From: Rozella allomycis CSF55
Taxonomy: Eukaryota
DNA length: 64,000 bases
Assembly (NCBI GenBank): GCA_000442015.1
Contig: KE560937.1
Span: 1 to 64,000, forward strand
Reading direction: 5' to 3'
In this document: piece by piece, positions 25,103-37,677 of the stretch
Layout: each line of letters starts with the position of its first letter
Numbering within the stretch: position 1 is the stretch's first letter
Position numbers and translations under genes: made by a program
The notes under the pieces: model-generated
Databases searched by the model: none
What the model saw: only the letters and a program-made list of their open reading frames with translations
What the model was told of the DNA's origin: nothing

Positions 25103-28100
25103 TTATTTGTTTTGCTTTAATAATTCCAATCTTTGTTTAAGATCTGCCAAAGTATCTTCAGCCATTTTTGTGGAACTCGAGGGTTCAGGAATTTGACTGG
25201 TCTGTACGTTTAAACTTGAATCTTTTTCAGTGTCACTTGTTTGAATGTTATAAACTTGCTTGATTTGTTCTAATTTCTTGTGGTAATCTTGAGCTGGATT
25301 GGCGACTAGAAAAAGTTAAAATGAATGATTACCGAAATTGATTGATGCTGAAGGAGCAGCAAAGGCAGGTGGAGGTTCTCTTCTTTCTAGAGCAATGTTG
25401 CATAGACCTCTTTTAATGTACCCTTGAAAGAATGAACCTGTTTTAGAGAGATGAGATTCGATTTTAGGAGTGAGTTGAGGATATTGTTTTTGAAAGTCGT
25501 ATAATTCTTCCATACCTTGTTTAGTTAATTCTTTGGAACCAATATTTTTAAAAATGACATACAATTTCGCTTGAGCTTCTTTTTCAGAAATTTCGTTATT
25601 TGGTTTTGGAATTTCTGAATTTTGAGATTGAGAAATTTCAGGAATTGGATCTGTGCGATCTGAGCGAATTTCATTCTTTTTTATAGAGTCTAGCATTAGT
25701 GATATGTAATTGAAAGCAAATGATTGTTCATAGTTATCTAATGATTGAATATCTACGAGGATGGAATCTTTGAGAGACAAGACTAGTTCATGAAGCATAG
25801 TTTTGACAGTTTTGAGGGGAGTGTCTGAGAGTGCCAATTTGTTTAAAGATCTCTTTTTCCATTCATTTGGCGGGATGTTAGTTAAGAATTGGTTGATCAA
25901 GTAAATTAAATGTTTTGAATCCAGATTGCAATCCTTGACGTCGTCTTTGATTAATCTTGTGACTTTCCAAGCGCATTTCATGACGTATTGGCAGTATTTT
26001 GCAGTTGATGAATCTTGTTCGGTGATTTTGTCTTGATGGATGAGATTTGAAGTTCTTTCTAATTCACTCAAAATAACAGAATAAAGATCATTTCTATTTG
26101 CATTGTCTAGAATTCTAACTATTAAAGCATTTAAAGCTCTATTTAGTTGATCACCCGATTCCATGGAAAGAATTTTGTCATCTAAGATTCTATCCAACAA
26201 TTCTTTGAATAATAAAAGTAAATTTTCTTTTGACACGTGTAAAGTAAAAGTTTTAGAGGTAAAGATTTGAACAAGGGCGTTTAGTATATGTTTCCTTAGT
26301 CTAGCCCCTTCCAATAGATCAGAGCTAGGTTCTAGAACAAATGCAATGTGTAGTTTGAGAGTTAAAGATTGTAAAAGTTGATTTAAATTTGAAATGATTA
26401 AATTTGGATTTGAATTTAATAAGCTTGTGAATTCTTTTAAAGCATCGATAGACTGAAGTGGAATTTCGCTTGTTATTTGAGTTGAAATTAAATCAACGAT
26501 ATAAGCTACAATTACAGGGGTCAGAATATTTTACTTGGCGAATTTCTTGATTGAATTAGAGGGGTGGCAGTAGCAAAAGTATTCATTTGAACTTTTTCAA
26601 CGAGCATTGAAGGATCAATTTTAAATGTTTTAGAAATTTGTGGCAAAGATAAAGAATCCAAACCAAGAGAGAATGGTTTCAATTTTTCAGTAATGTTTTC
26701 ACTAGAAGTATTTTCAGTTGAATTTTCTTTAATAGATTCCTTTGGAACACTTTCACTTTTATTTTCAACCTTTTCAACTTTTAATTCAGTGGAACTTTTA
26801 GAAAGACTTTCTTTGTTTATAGATCTTCTTTTTATTCTTTCATCTAACAAGAATAGAAATTTATCTTCCAATTTGAATAGAGATCTAATTGAAGGATCTA
26901 GTGAGTGAGCAATTGAAATTGTATTCAAAGCAGCGTTTCTAACACACGTGTCTCTGTCAGCAATGAAAGAAGTAATAAAGGGGATAGATTTAGGCAGAGA
27001 GGAAATAGATAAACCATATTTATCAAATAGATTTCCAATTTCTTCTAAACATTCAGATCTAGTTCTTGCATTTTTAGATTTGCAACCATCAAGTATAAAT
27101 AGGAATAGTTTACTACCAGGATATACTTTGGCTAAAGAGTGAATAATATTCTTTATTCTAGATTTAACAATTTCTTTTGAATCGCCAGTTTTCATTACAA
27201 GAAAGGGAATTAAACAATTTGCTTCATAATCATTTAAATGATAATTAATTTCATCCAACTTTTTCATTAAATATTCAATGTAATCTAAAACTTTAACTGT
27301 AATTGTTGTATTTGTATCATACAGTCTAATCGAAATATATTTAAATATCAAATCCAAAACTTTTATTTTTAAATCAAAATTATCAAACTTTTCTAATAAA
27401 TTTATTGCTTCTAAATGATCTTTAAAATTTTCACTAAACAACAAATTATGAAAATTATTTGAAAATTCAGAAATGCATTGTTCTTTAAAGAATTCAAATA
27501 AATCTCTTCTATCTGGCTCATAATTCCACTTGTATATCCCTTTATCTTTTTCCATTCTTGATTCTTTATTCCCCAAACTTGTTATTATCACTTCTTCATT
27601 CTTATTCACTAGAGTTTTCCTTGGTGAATTTAGTTTTAAACTTGATGAACTGTTTAATTTTGAACTTGAATTCATTGGTGATAAACTAGACATTTTGGAA
27701 ATTTCACTATTTGGTCTTTCTTTCTTTTGCTTGACTTCTTCTTTTTCAACTTTATCTTCACATTCTTTTTCCTTGTTTAATGTTAAAAGAAATGGAGCTA
27801 TTTGATTCAATAAAGATGGTTTGAGATCCATTGTCTTTTCTTTAATTAAATCTTGGCTTGGTTGAATCAATTCTAAAATAGATTGTGATTGTTTTCTAAT
27901 ATCTCCAGACTTGTCAAACAAACATTGAATTAAACTAGTCACCAGAAATGAATAATCTACATTCTTTTTAAATATAGATATTTTCTCTTTAAGCCACTTC
28001 AACAGATCTTTTCTTAAATTGGGATTATCTGTCATTAAAACGGTGCCAATTGGAATTATTAACACTTCCAAGCCACATGAACTAAAAATAGAATCCATAG

Positions 28101-31020
28101 ATTTTAACACTGAAGATCTAACTTGTATTTTATTATCAGTTAAACAATTCAACAAAACTATAGCTGTTTGTTTATGAAATATTTTATCAAATGATTTTAC
28201 AGATTCAGCAATCATCCCAATAATCTCACATGTTTGAACAACAATGTTCTTGTTATTATCACTCAATCTCATCTTCAATTCATTCATTAAATCTCCCAAA
28301 TTCCCTTTAATGCATTTATTAGCTCCTTCTATTATAGACATCACTACATCCAATCCCTCCTTTCTAGTCTTCCAGTTTGAATCATGCAAATCATTCATCA
28401 CTTTATTATTCAATTGATTCGATATATCAACACGCTCAATTACAGAATCAATCCCATCCTCATTACTCGTACCATCTTGCTTCCGCGTTGGCTCACTTGG
28501 AATCTTCCCCTTGACTTTATTAAACTCTGCTTCAACCAAACTCAATTGAGCCCCCGGTAGATCTTTCACAGCAACTTCAATCTGCTTCCCAAAATAAACC
28601 CTCAATGTTCCAAATGTTGATGCTCCTGCATTTCTAATTGCTACATTGGAATTCAATACAATTTGTTTCAAAAATTCAATCAAGTTTTTAACTTTAATTC
28701 CTTTCACTCCAAACTCTTCAATCGCACTTTGAATCCACAAAACTATTTCTGAAATTACTTTGGGGCTTTTTATCTTTAAAATAAATTCATAATTAAAACT
28801 CAAAACAAAATTCAAAGATATCTTTTCTGTCAAACTCTTTAATGCATCAGATGCAGCTTTTTTCTGCTTAACATCACCCAATTTCTCTATCAAATTATTC
28901 AAAACAATACTAGCCCCATTCTTATCAACACTCCAATTCTCTACCATCCATTGAATCAAATTTATTAACTTTCCAACAACTTGGAAATTAGAATCTTTAA
29001 ACCCTGGCTTATTACTAAGGAATTTCAAAAATGCTTCAGATTCAATCGTCTTGTCCAATGATTTAACTTTCTCTGTTATATCTTCGATTGCTTCCAATCT
29101 CTCCTTCCAATTTGAACTGCATAAATTATCACAAACATTCTTTGAAATATACTGAAAAACATACTCTTCCGCTTGATCATTTGAATATTTGTACATTATT
29201 GGTTCTAATTCAACCTTTGATGATGTTTTTGATGATAATGATGCTTTAGAAGAAGCTTTGGTTACACTGGGCCCTTTATTAACACTCGCCTTTGAACTTG
29301 TTCTTGATAGCACTGGTTTATTAGCCACTTCTTTCTTAACTACGGGTGGACTGTTTTCTTTCTCTTTAACATCGTTCTTTTTACTTTCTCTCTCCTTCAC
29401 TGCTTTCAATGGTTTCACTTGTGCTTTTTCTGCATAATCTTTAATCTTGGCTTGCTTCGTTGCATCTATTTTATCAAAATACAACAACAACACTCTCTCG
29501 CCAACTAATTTCATAAGCGTTCCAAATGCTTCAAATCCAGCTTCTCTAACCTCACTAACACCATCATCAATTAACTAGAATATTCAATTACATTTCTTAC
29601 CTTTAAAAACATTTCACACATCATTTTAATTTCTTCCTTTTTAGGTGCCACTTTCACCCTGGCCATTGATCTATTTAGCCACAACATACTCTCAGATCTA
29701 ACATTTGGATTCTTATGCGACGTAGCATTCTTCACATCTTCTAAAATATCACTCAATGTCACCGTTGAAGCAATTGCATCCAAAGCACTCCTAAACGATT
29801 CAACGGCTATACTCTTCTTTTCTTTTAATCTCTCAATCAAAGGCCCAACTACAATCGACTTGTAAACACTAAAGGACTTTCTAAGCGATTTGGCTATCTG
29901 GCAAATGCTATTAGATGCTGAAATCGCCAACATTAAATTAGTGTCTGCCATTCTCTTTCCCAACAATCCCATCAACTCTCCATAAGAATCTTCAGCTATC
30001 TTAGGCACTTGAAGAATTTGACTCAGTTCATCTAGAGCTTCTTTTCTAAGCTTCCAATTGCTATTCCCCTGTATGATATTCTAATATCCATCTTACAATA
30101 TTGCCCCAAAAATCTTTCGACAGTTTTGTCAATATAGGTAGAGCTTCTAAAGCCTCCAGCGCCATTTCTGCCTGTGCTTCCTCAGCTTTCAACCTTTCCT
30201 CTTCTTCATCCACCGCATCTGTCGCCTCAACAGGACTCTCTGATCTTAAATATCTCGTTTTTTCCGCCTTTTCATCTTTCACTTTTTCAAACTCGTCGGT
30301 AAGAGCCTTCAATTGAATCGCACTCATGTACGAAAAATGTACAAGTAAACCTTCTTTCATCCATTTATACAACTCCACACCAAGTCTAGTCATTTCTACC
30401 TTGGTCGCTTTATCATTCTTTTCAAAGCCTTTATTGATGCCTTTCAACAGCAACTTTAGATTCAAAGATCCAACTCCAAAAAATCTAATCAAAACCAAAA
30501 TCATGAATTACTTTATCAAATCAGCAAGTGAAGCTGCACAATTAGCGTTTACCTTGGGATTTTTATGTTCCAATCCTTTCAACAGCTCTTCTACCACATA
30601 ATCAGAATTATCAGTCTTTTCAACAAAGAGCAATATCAATTCAATCGCTTTACTTTTCATACTTGATCGATTAGCTGGCATGCCTTTTTCAATCAAAATA
30701 GGCACAAATAAACTTTTTATCCTCCTCAACATCATGCATTTTTCTTACTTTTCAGCCATATCGCCACATTGGAGAAACGCTTCAAGAGTAGCAAATCCAC
30801 CTTCCAAAGCGGCAACATTCGCTTCTTTTGAAATAAGCTTTATATAATCAAGAGATTTTTGAAAAACTGGATCGTTATCCGAGGGACTCAGTCGAAACGA
30901 CTTTTCCAAGTCCTTGTATGCAGAAAGTCGATATTTCCAGTTTTTATGACTTATACGCACATTTATCGGCTCTTGCAAATAACTAGTATCCTCAGGTTCA
31001 GTCTGCTGTTCGGAGAGCAT
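25103..31020 (-). CDS. CKAP5: XMAP215/ch-TOG/Stu2 microtubule polymerase (long multi-TOG form)
   Basis: Repeated TOG motifs HKNWKYR, SNWKLRKEAL, SSNWKERLEAI, DSNWKTRKEGL and SKNARTRSECLEE; C-terminal LADLKQRLELLK. Confidence 0.93.
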
Positions 31021-31104
31021 GCAATAACAAGGGTTAGAAATTTCAAAAATACTTTTGGAGTTTCTAAAATCACAAATTGTATCGAAAAGAATTTTATTAA
31101 TCAT

Positions 31105-31509
31105 TTAGATGGAATATTCAGCTCTGGATCTTGGCAAAGTTGAATCTAGTTTGAAAAATGGATTGTAACCATCAACCGCAGAATCATCAAGAACATACTG
31201 CTCTGGATTGATTTTAGCAACATTGTGTTGATGTCTGGCTAAATTCAAATAGTCTGAAGCCCTGACATGACGCTGTTCAAACTGTGGATCCTTGGACATT
31301 TCATGTTTTAGTAATTCAGAATCGGGTGTTTTCTGGGCAGGCTTGACATGAGATTCCGCCATACCATTTGCTACATGTGTAGCGCCCATAAAGGCTGCTT
31401 GCATTCCGAGAGTATTCATGGCTAGCTGTGATCCTTGTGACATCATTGCTGTTGGTAACGCTGATATTTCAAAGAATATCAATATCGAGGAAAGTAAAAT
31501 GTTTCTCAT
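31105..31509 (-). CDS. Small putative secreted protein
   Basis: Intronless 134-aa ORF with a signal-peptide-like N-terminus (MRNILLSSILIFFEISA-LP). Confidence 0.6.
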   Translation of the reverse strand: MRNILLSSILIFFEISALPTAMMSQGSQLAMNTLGMQAAFMGATHVANGMAESHVKPAQKTPDSELLKHEMSKDPQFEQRHVRASDYLNLARHQHNVAKINPEQYVLDDSAVDGYNPFFKLDSTLPRSRAEYSI

Positions 31510-31703
31510 AGATAATGGTATGTTGGGGTTCCGTGAACCATTCCTCTACTTAAATAGTGCTCTAGAAAATTTTCATTGGTTAGTTATGAAACATGGACCG
31601 AAAAACGGACCAATGAAATTCGGTACAAAAATAGACTTGGTCACGTTCACGTATTATGTAAACAAATAAGTGAAATAGTCATTCGTGATCATTTTTACCA
31701 TTC

Positions 31704-32867
31704 ATGAAACTAATTAGATTAATCTTTACTACATTAATCACCGCCTTTACACTTCAGTCCACAATTCCTATCTCTTCGTCTTTTCCTGATATGAGTAGCT
31801 GTTTAACTAAAACAATCACCAGCAAAGTCAAAGAAAGATTGCAAAAGTATTTTCTGGGGAAAAAGGTTATGACTGAGGAACAAGTTGCGCTGTCTTTAAA
31901 CAAGCTGTTGTCCAAGGATCCGGTCACAGACATTGAAGTCTATAATCCAGAAGGATTCTGGTCATTTTTGCCAAAGAATTTGTTAGAGCCAGAGTTATTA
32001 CATCGCATGGCATTCTATAATGGTCTAACATACTGTGCTTCAGAGTCAGAAGTACAAGGTGTCTTCAATAACGCCACATTTAGAGGGAAAAGGCACTTTG
32101 CTTCAAAGTCCAATATGCTAAATTGGATTGAGTTAGACGGATTGAAATCTATTACAAAAAACAAGGATTTGAGAGTTATGATTGCTGAAAATCCTAGGGA
32201 CAAGACTTTGGTTATTGCATTCAGGGGATCTAGTAACTTAGACGATTATATAGCAAATTTTAACTCGGAACCGGTGCAGTTTGGTGAAAATAACACGGAT
32301 ACCCGTTTTCCTTTGAAAACTTGCCCCATTCCAGTAGACGGTCATTCCAGATGGGCATTCGAGGGATTTTTGAACAAATTACCTTTAGATATTTTAAGGG
32401 AATTGTCCTTTTATTTAATTAAAGCTTTTAAAAATCATATGACTCATAAAGTAGTGATTACTGGCCATTCTTTAGGGGGTGCCTTAGCTCTCTTTTTCGC
32501 CTTATATATGAAACTAAATTATCCTGAATTCGCTGTATCTGCGATATACACTTATGGTCAGCCTGTTATTGGGTCCACGTTTTTCACGGAGTGGATGGCT
32601 AATTGCATCGGTGTGAACAAAATAGTCAGAGTAGTTTCAGAGAACGATATTGTTCCATGGGTAAGATCGAACTCACAGCAGTCACATCCGGCAAATATGC
32701 CTGAAATATATGTCCCAAACGCTAATGAAAATAAATGGATAGCCTGCAAAGGTTCTTTGGATCCAAAATGCAGCATACAAACCAAGTGCGATGCGAAAGA
32801 TTGGACGACTCACAGATTTTACGGCGGCCTTTTTGCTGGAGAGCAGCTTTGCAAAATCTTTAAATAA
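31704..32867 (+). CDS. Secreted class 3 lipase
   Basis: Signal peptide, VIAFRGS, VITGHSLGGALA, YTYGQP, NDIVP, C-terminal His; intronless. Confidence 0.92.
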   Translation: MKLIRLIFTTLITAFTLQSTIPISSSFPDMSSCLTKTITSKVKERLQKYFLGKKVMTEEQVALSLNKLLSKDPVTDIEVYNPEGFWSFLPKNLLEPELLHRMAFYNGLTYCASESEVQGVFNNATFRGKRHFASKSNMLNWIELDGLKSITKNKDLRVMIAENPRDKTLVIAFRGSSNLDDYIANFNSEPVQFGENNTDTRFPLKTCPIPVDGHSRWAFEGFLNKLPLDILRELSFYLIKAFKNHMTHKVVITGHSLGGALALFFALYMKLNYPEFAVSAIYTYGQPVIGSTFFTEWMANCIGVNKIVRVVSENDIVPWVRSNSQQSHPANMPEIYVPNANENKWIACKGSLDPKCSIQTKCDAKDWTTHRFYGGLFAGEQLCKIFK

Positions 32868-33336
32868 AACTTTTTTAAGTAATGAAAGAAGTATCTAACT
32901 ATAAATGAGCAGACAATTATCGCTTGCCATCCTAAACGCTTCCGCATGCAATGTAGGTATACGAGAACGTAAATAAGCATTCTATTAGGAGCTGGAAAGT
33001 GGTAGAAGTTGTTAGATACATTTTTTTCGACAGGGTGCACCATCACGTTGGCTTTGCTCTTTCTAGGCGCATTGGGAATTTAGTCATGACGCTTTATTTT
33101 AAATAAGAATCCCTTGGCACAGGCAAATATGGATATCGTCAAGGATAAATGTATGTATCAGGTAGGGGAACATGAAAATTCTTCTTGTCCGGTTGTCCCT
33201 ATTTTCATGAGATATATCTGTCGTATCAAACCACATAAGTAGGTCCATGACTCCATCATCACTAATGTGTCCAAAATAATCACTTTAAGCGTAAAAACGT
33301 TTGTACCATTTTTTTAGTTAGTGGCTTTTCCTTTTC

Positions 33337-33891
33337 ATGCCTGAAATATATTCTGACGTGACTTGGTCGACTTTTCTATACTTTCCTGATAGCCCAAAGG
33401 CATTTTTTGATCTTATTCGAAATGGGAATGTTAAAGCGTGTGTGCTTAATGCAAGTACTGTGCATAGCATAAAGTTATTGAATCTGGCATGTTTAAAGGC
33501 TTCCAATCTTCCAAGAAAAACAAGAACAATATTTACTGATGTGATATATTATTTGTCATTGACAAAAAGTGTACATTTTGTCATTGTTGGAAACAATAGA
33601 TTCAAGACTCGTTAAAGACATTTGGTTGGAATCCCGATTGTGGAGCTTGTTTATTATGTCTAGAACATGATATAGATCCATTCCAAGTAATAAATTTTAG
33701 TTTAATTGAAAGTGGCTCCAAGAGAATAGTTTGAAAGGTACCATGAAAGGTATTGAACATTTAAACGACTTCCAGGATCGTTGTTTGATTGACAAAGTAA
33801 TTTATTATTATTTTAAAATTATCTGATATATCAATCTAAAAATTTTGACGAAATTGTACGAAGTATAGCGATTAAAGACTTATCAAAATAA
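33337..33891 (+). CDS. CGI121: KEOPS subunit Cgi121/TPRKB
   Basis: KTRTIFTDVIYYLSLTKSIQDSLKTFG and C-terminal SIAIKD; 3 introns. Confidence 0.8.
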
Positions 33892-33935
33892 AAACGAAAT
33901 TTCCATAATTTTTGAGACAGTTTTTTCTTCACGTA

Positions 33936-34559
33936 ATGGGGAGAATTTCTATGAGAACAGAGTATAATTCAAAGGGGGTTGAAGGTTATTATCTGGAAAA
34001 TCAAGGGTCTTACAGGAACCATCATTTTCCAGAATTGAGAAGAGCCATCTCTGTGGCGATGGATCTTTGTTATCAAGATCTTTTTTCTAGCAAAAAATAT
34101 ATTAATATCATAGATATCGCATGCGGAAGTGGAGAAGCGGGTATTAGTTTGGCAGAATGGTGTATCAAAAATGATGTATCATTAAATGTTACAGGATGTG
34201 ATCCTTATACGCAAATTGCTTACGAAAATCATTTAAGGTCCTTTATTACTTGTTTACCAGAAAATTCAAAAATTTTTTTCAATGCATTTCAAAATATTTC
34301 TTTTGAAGACATTGCCCGGGGATGTATGGACAGTAATTTTGATTGTGGGATCTGCAGTTTCGCTCTTCACTTAGCATCAGAGTCAGTTTTATTCTCAGTT
34401 TTGTATGAGATATCTATGAAGATGCCTTTTTTTATTATTGTTTCACCTCACAAAAGGCCGGTGGTTAAGGATTACTCTTCTGGATTGGTTTTAATAAAAC
34501 ATTTGACAGTAGAAAGATTACACATACGAGTATTTAAATCAATAAACTATTCATTATAA
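33936..34559 (+). CDS. Class I SAM-dependent methyltransferase
   Basis: IDIACGSGE, GCDPYT, ICSFALHL, VSPHKRP; intronless. Confidence 0.8.
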   Translation: MGRISMRTEYNSKGVEGYYLENQGSYRNHHFPELRRAISVAMDLCYQDLFSSKKYINIIDIACGSGEAGISLAEWCIKNDVSLNVTGCDPYTQIAYENHLRSFITCLPENSKIFFNAFQNISFEDIARGCMDSNFDCGICSFALHLASESVLFSVLYEISMKMPFFIIVSPHKRPVVKDYSSGLVLIKHLTVERLHIRVFKSINYSL

Positions 34560-34630
34560 ATTATATTTGTCGATGGTGGCTAAGTTCGTCTATTCATATC
34601 TAGTTTTAAAACCGATACAGACATTTAGAA

Positions 34631-35964
34631 ATGGCAGATCAGCAGGCAGAAATTCATTCTAAAATTCCTCCGAATTTTGACACTGTTTCTTTAAAGCTAT
34701 ATAACAGTCAAACATTCGCAGCGGAAAATCGCGATATAGACAATGAAAAGAACGTCCGAGAATGTTACACATTAAATGAGATACCTGTTTTAAGTGAAGA
34801 GCAGCAGGCCGAACTATTTATCAAACTTGATAGATATGGATTTATTCAGGAGGAAGTTGAAGTCAATGACCCGCCTATTATGAAGAGGATTAAATTACGG
34901 AGGAATAATGCAGACTATATTGCATCTTTAGATCCTAGAAAAGAGGCCGAAAGATCTTTGAAATGGGTTAAGATGTTGAGAAAGTTAGAGAAACGGAAAC
35001 TTGAAGACTGGTCAGGGATAGGAAAAGTAACTTGATTAAAGTCCCTAGTACATAGGTAGAAAATAGAATTTTCAAGGGAATACCCGACTGCTTGCGTGGG
35101 AGAGTGTGGAATTGTGCGTTATCGAATCTTGAATTCAATTCCGAAATACCACCGATAGCAGTAATTTTGATTGATTCAATGTAGTAGAATTTATTTAGCT
35201 TCAAATCTTCTTTCGAGAATCAAATTGATTTAGACATTAACCGAACGATGAGAACGCATTTTCAATATTATTTGCGATATGGCGAAGGACAAAGGAGCCT
35301 TTTTCGAGTACTAACAGCGTATTCAAATTATGAAAAGTCGGTGGGCTATTGCCAAGTAAGTTTTATGAATAACAATCAAAGGGAATGTCTACCGTGGTTG
35401 CATTTCTCTTAACATATTTTGACGAAGAAGTAAACACAACATCAATACAATTTAGTCATCTTTTCGAAATTTAGTGAAGCTATTCGATAGGTCGAAATTG
35501 CAGCGGCTGTATACTTCCGAGTTTCCTTTACTTTTTGAATCCTTTTATTGCCTAGAGAGAATACTAAAATCATCAAGCCCCAGATTATTCAAACTGCTTG
35601 TAAATTTTTGATTTTTTTATTACAGGAAAGCAACAATATCAGTCCATCCTCGTATGCCACGAAATGGTTCATGGTCTTTTTCCTCGATTTTCCTATGCCT
35701 TTAGCGTTGCGACTATGGGATTGCTTTATTGTATTTGGCTATGATTTATTAATTTTGTTTAGCAGCGTTCTCGTATTGTACTTTGAAGACACACTTTTAT
35801 CCCTTCAACCAGATGAATGCTTGTATTATCTAAATCATTTAGAAGATCAAATTAAAATTTTTGACATTGATCCACTAATAGAACAACTCCGAATAGCTTG
35901 GAAATCAAAGCGAAATAAAATACAATCATTGCGAAAAGAGTATTCAAAAACAACAATTAAATAA
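34631..35964 (+). CDS. TBC-domain Rab GTPase-activating protein
   Basis: [39 protein letters not shown]. Confidence 0.92.
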
Positions 35965-35976
35965 AACAAATTTTAT

Positions 35977-37468
35977 TTACTTTATTTGCAACAATGAGTA
36001 TTTATTTTTGCCTAATTTTAGTAAAATCAAATTTTCATCCAAAACGTCAACCTCGGAAAAAGAATGGTTGGAATTTATCTTTTTTCCATTAATCGAGACG
36101 CCGCCCATATCAATTAGTTTTTTTGCAGAATCAATCAAATAATTTAAATTGTTTTACTTTTGGATTTGCATATTCCCACTAATGCTAAAATGTCGGCAAC
36201 TTTTGATTTTCCACAATTTGATTGATTGATAGAATGGAAATTCGATGATCCAACAAATGCATCCATTAGAGAAGATGAACTTGGGAAAGAATCTTTGGAA
36301 CCAAAGCATAATTGTGTCATCGTGTGCGCCTTTTTTAAACCTATTTCTATTTATAACTTAAATCGAAAGGTTACTCCCATGAAACAATTCAGTGACATGA
36401 CTAGCAAGTTCAATTTGTCCGATTCTTTTTTCGGGATTTTTCTATCTAAATTTTACATACTTTCAATATACCTCATGTTCATTCAGTATTTCTGCGATTT
36501 CGGCAGCATCCAAGAAAGTAAATGAAAAAAGTAGTCTTTCCAACAGAGAATCTGTGCTGTTTAAGAAAAACTTTAACAAATCCCAAAAATATATTTACTT
36601 GATAAAAGTCAAAAGGGGAGCAAAGTGTTTCGTCGAGCCAGATTGCATTACCTTCGCTCTTCCCATATTTTTTACCTTGATCATTTGTTAGTAAAGGTAA
36701 AGTCGCTGCGAAAACCGGCGAATCAAATCTTTCTACTCTGTGAATAAGGTCTATGCCGGCAATCATGTTTCCTAGTTGGTCACTGCCCCCGATCTAAATT
36801 AGTACCCCTATTCTATTACTTGAAGTGTGCAATTGTAATTCTTATACAAGTAATGATAATCGTATCCTTGAAGTAATTGATATGTAAATTCTGTATATGA
36901 AATTGACTCTTCTCTTTCCATTCTCTTTTTAACACACTCTCTTTGAAGCATAATGCTAACCTTTGAATGCTTTCCCACTCTCTTTATTAACAATTGAGTC
37001 ACATTAAACCTTTAAAAAATCAATAAAAGATATTTTGCCGAGCCAGTCTGCATTGTTCAATATTAATTCCTTTCCCGGAGTATTGATTCCTCTCATTGAA
37101 GAAAATTCTTTTGCGTTATGTATCCATTGTTTAATTTGATTCATAATATATTTAGTATTCTCGTAAACATTTTCAATCGAAAGTTCGGGCCTCTCTTTAT
37201 CCTTAAATGAAGGATCCCCAATTAAACCGGTCGCACCACCAACTAAGTATATAGAATTCAAACCATGGATTTGACCCCTAAATAATGCCATCAATAACAA
37301 GGCATTTCCAACGTGTAATGATTTTGCCGTAGGATCGAACCCACCGTAAATTGTGGTAATGTCATTAGGAATTATACTTCTGTAATAAGAAAAAGGAATA
37401 AAAATATACTTGAATGTACTTTGGTGCAACAAATTTCTATTTTTTAAACTCTGTATGAAATTGTTCAT
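35977..37468 (-). CDS. MSY1: Mitochondrial (bacterial-type) tyrosyl-tRNA synthetase
   Basis: [49 protein letters not shown]-terminal S4-like domain. Confidence 0.95.
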
Positions 37469-37677
37469 TAAGAGGCGAAGCAAATAAGATGGGAATTAAT
37501 TTTTGAAAAGGTTCAATTATCACTATCGTTCTGGGAGCGAGTAGCACATTATACCGCTCTTCTGCCTTTGGTTTCTCGATCTCGCAAGAAGCAAATATCG
37601 TTGTGACTTGTGGTGTACACCATTGTCGTACAGTAACAAAACTAACAAAAACTTTCTTAATTTTATTGATTATCATA

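Noticed and set aside
33070-33260. RNase P or MRP RNA
   Set aside because: A possible P4-like pairing exists, but the CR-I and CR-V consensus matches are poor.
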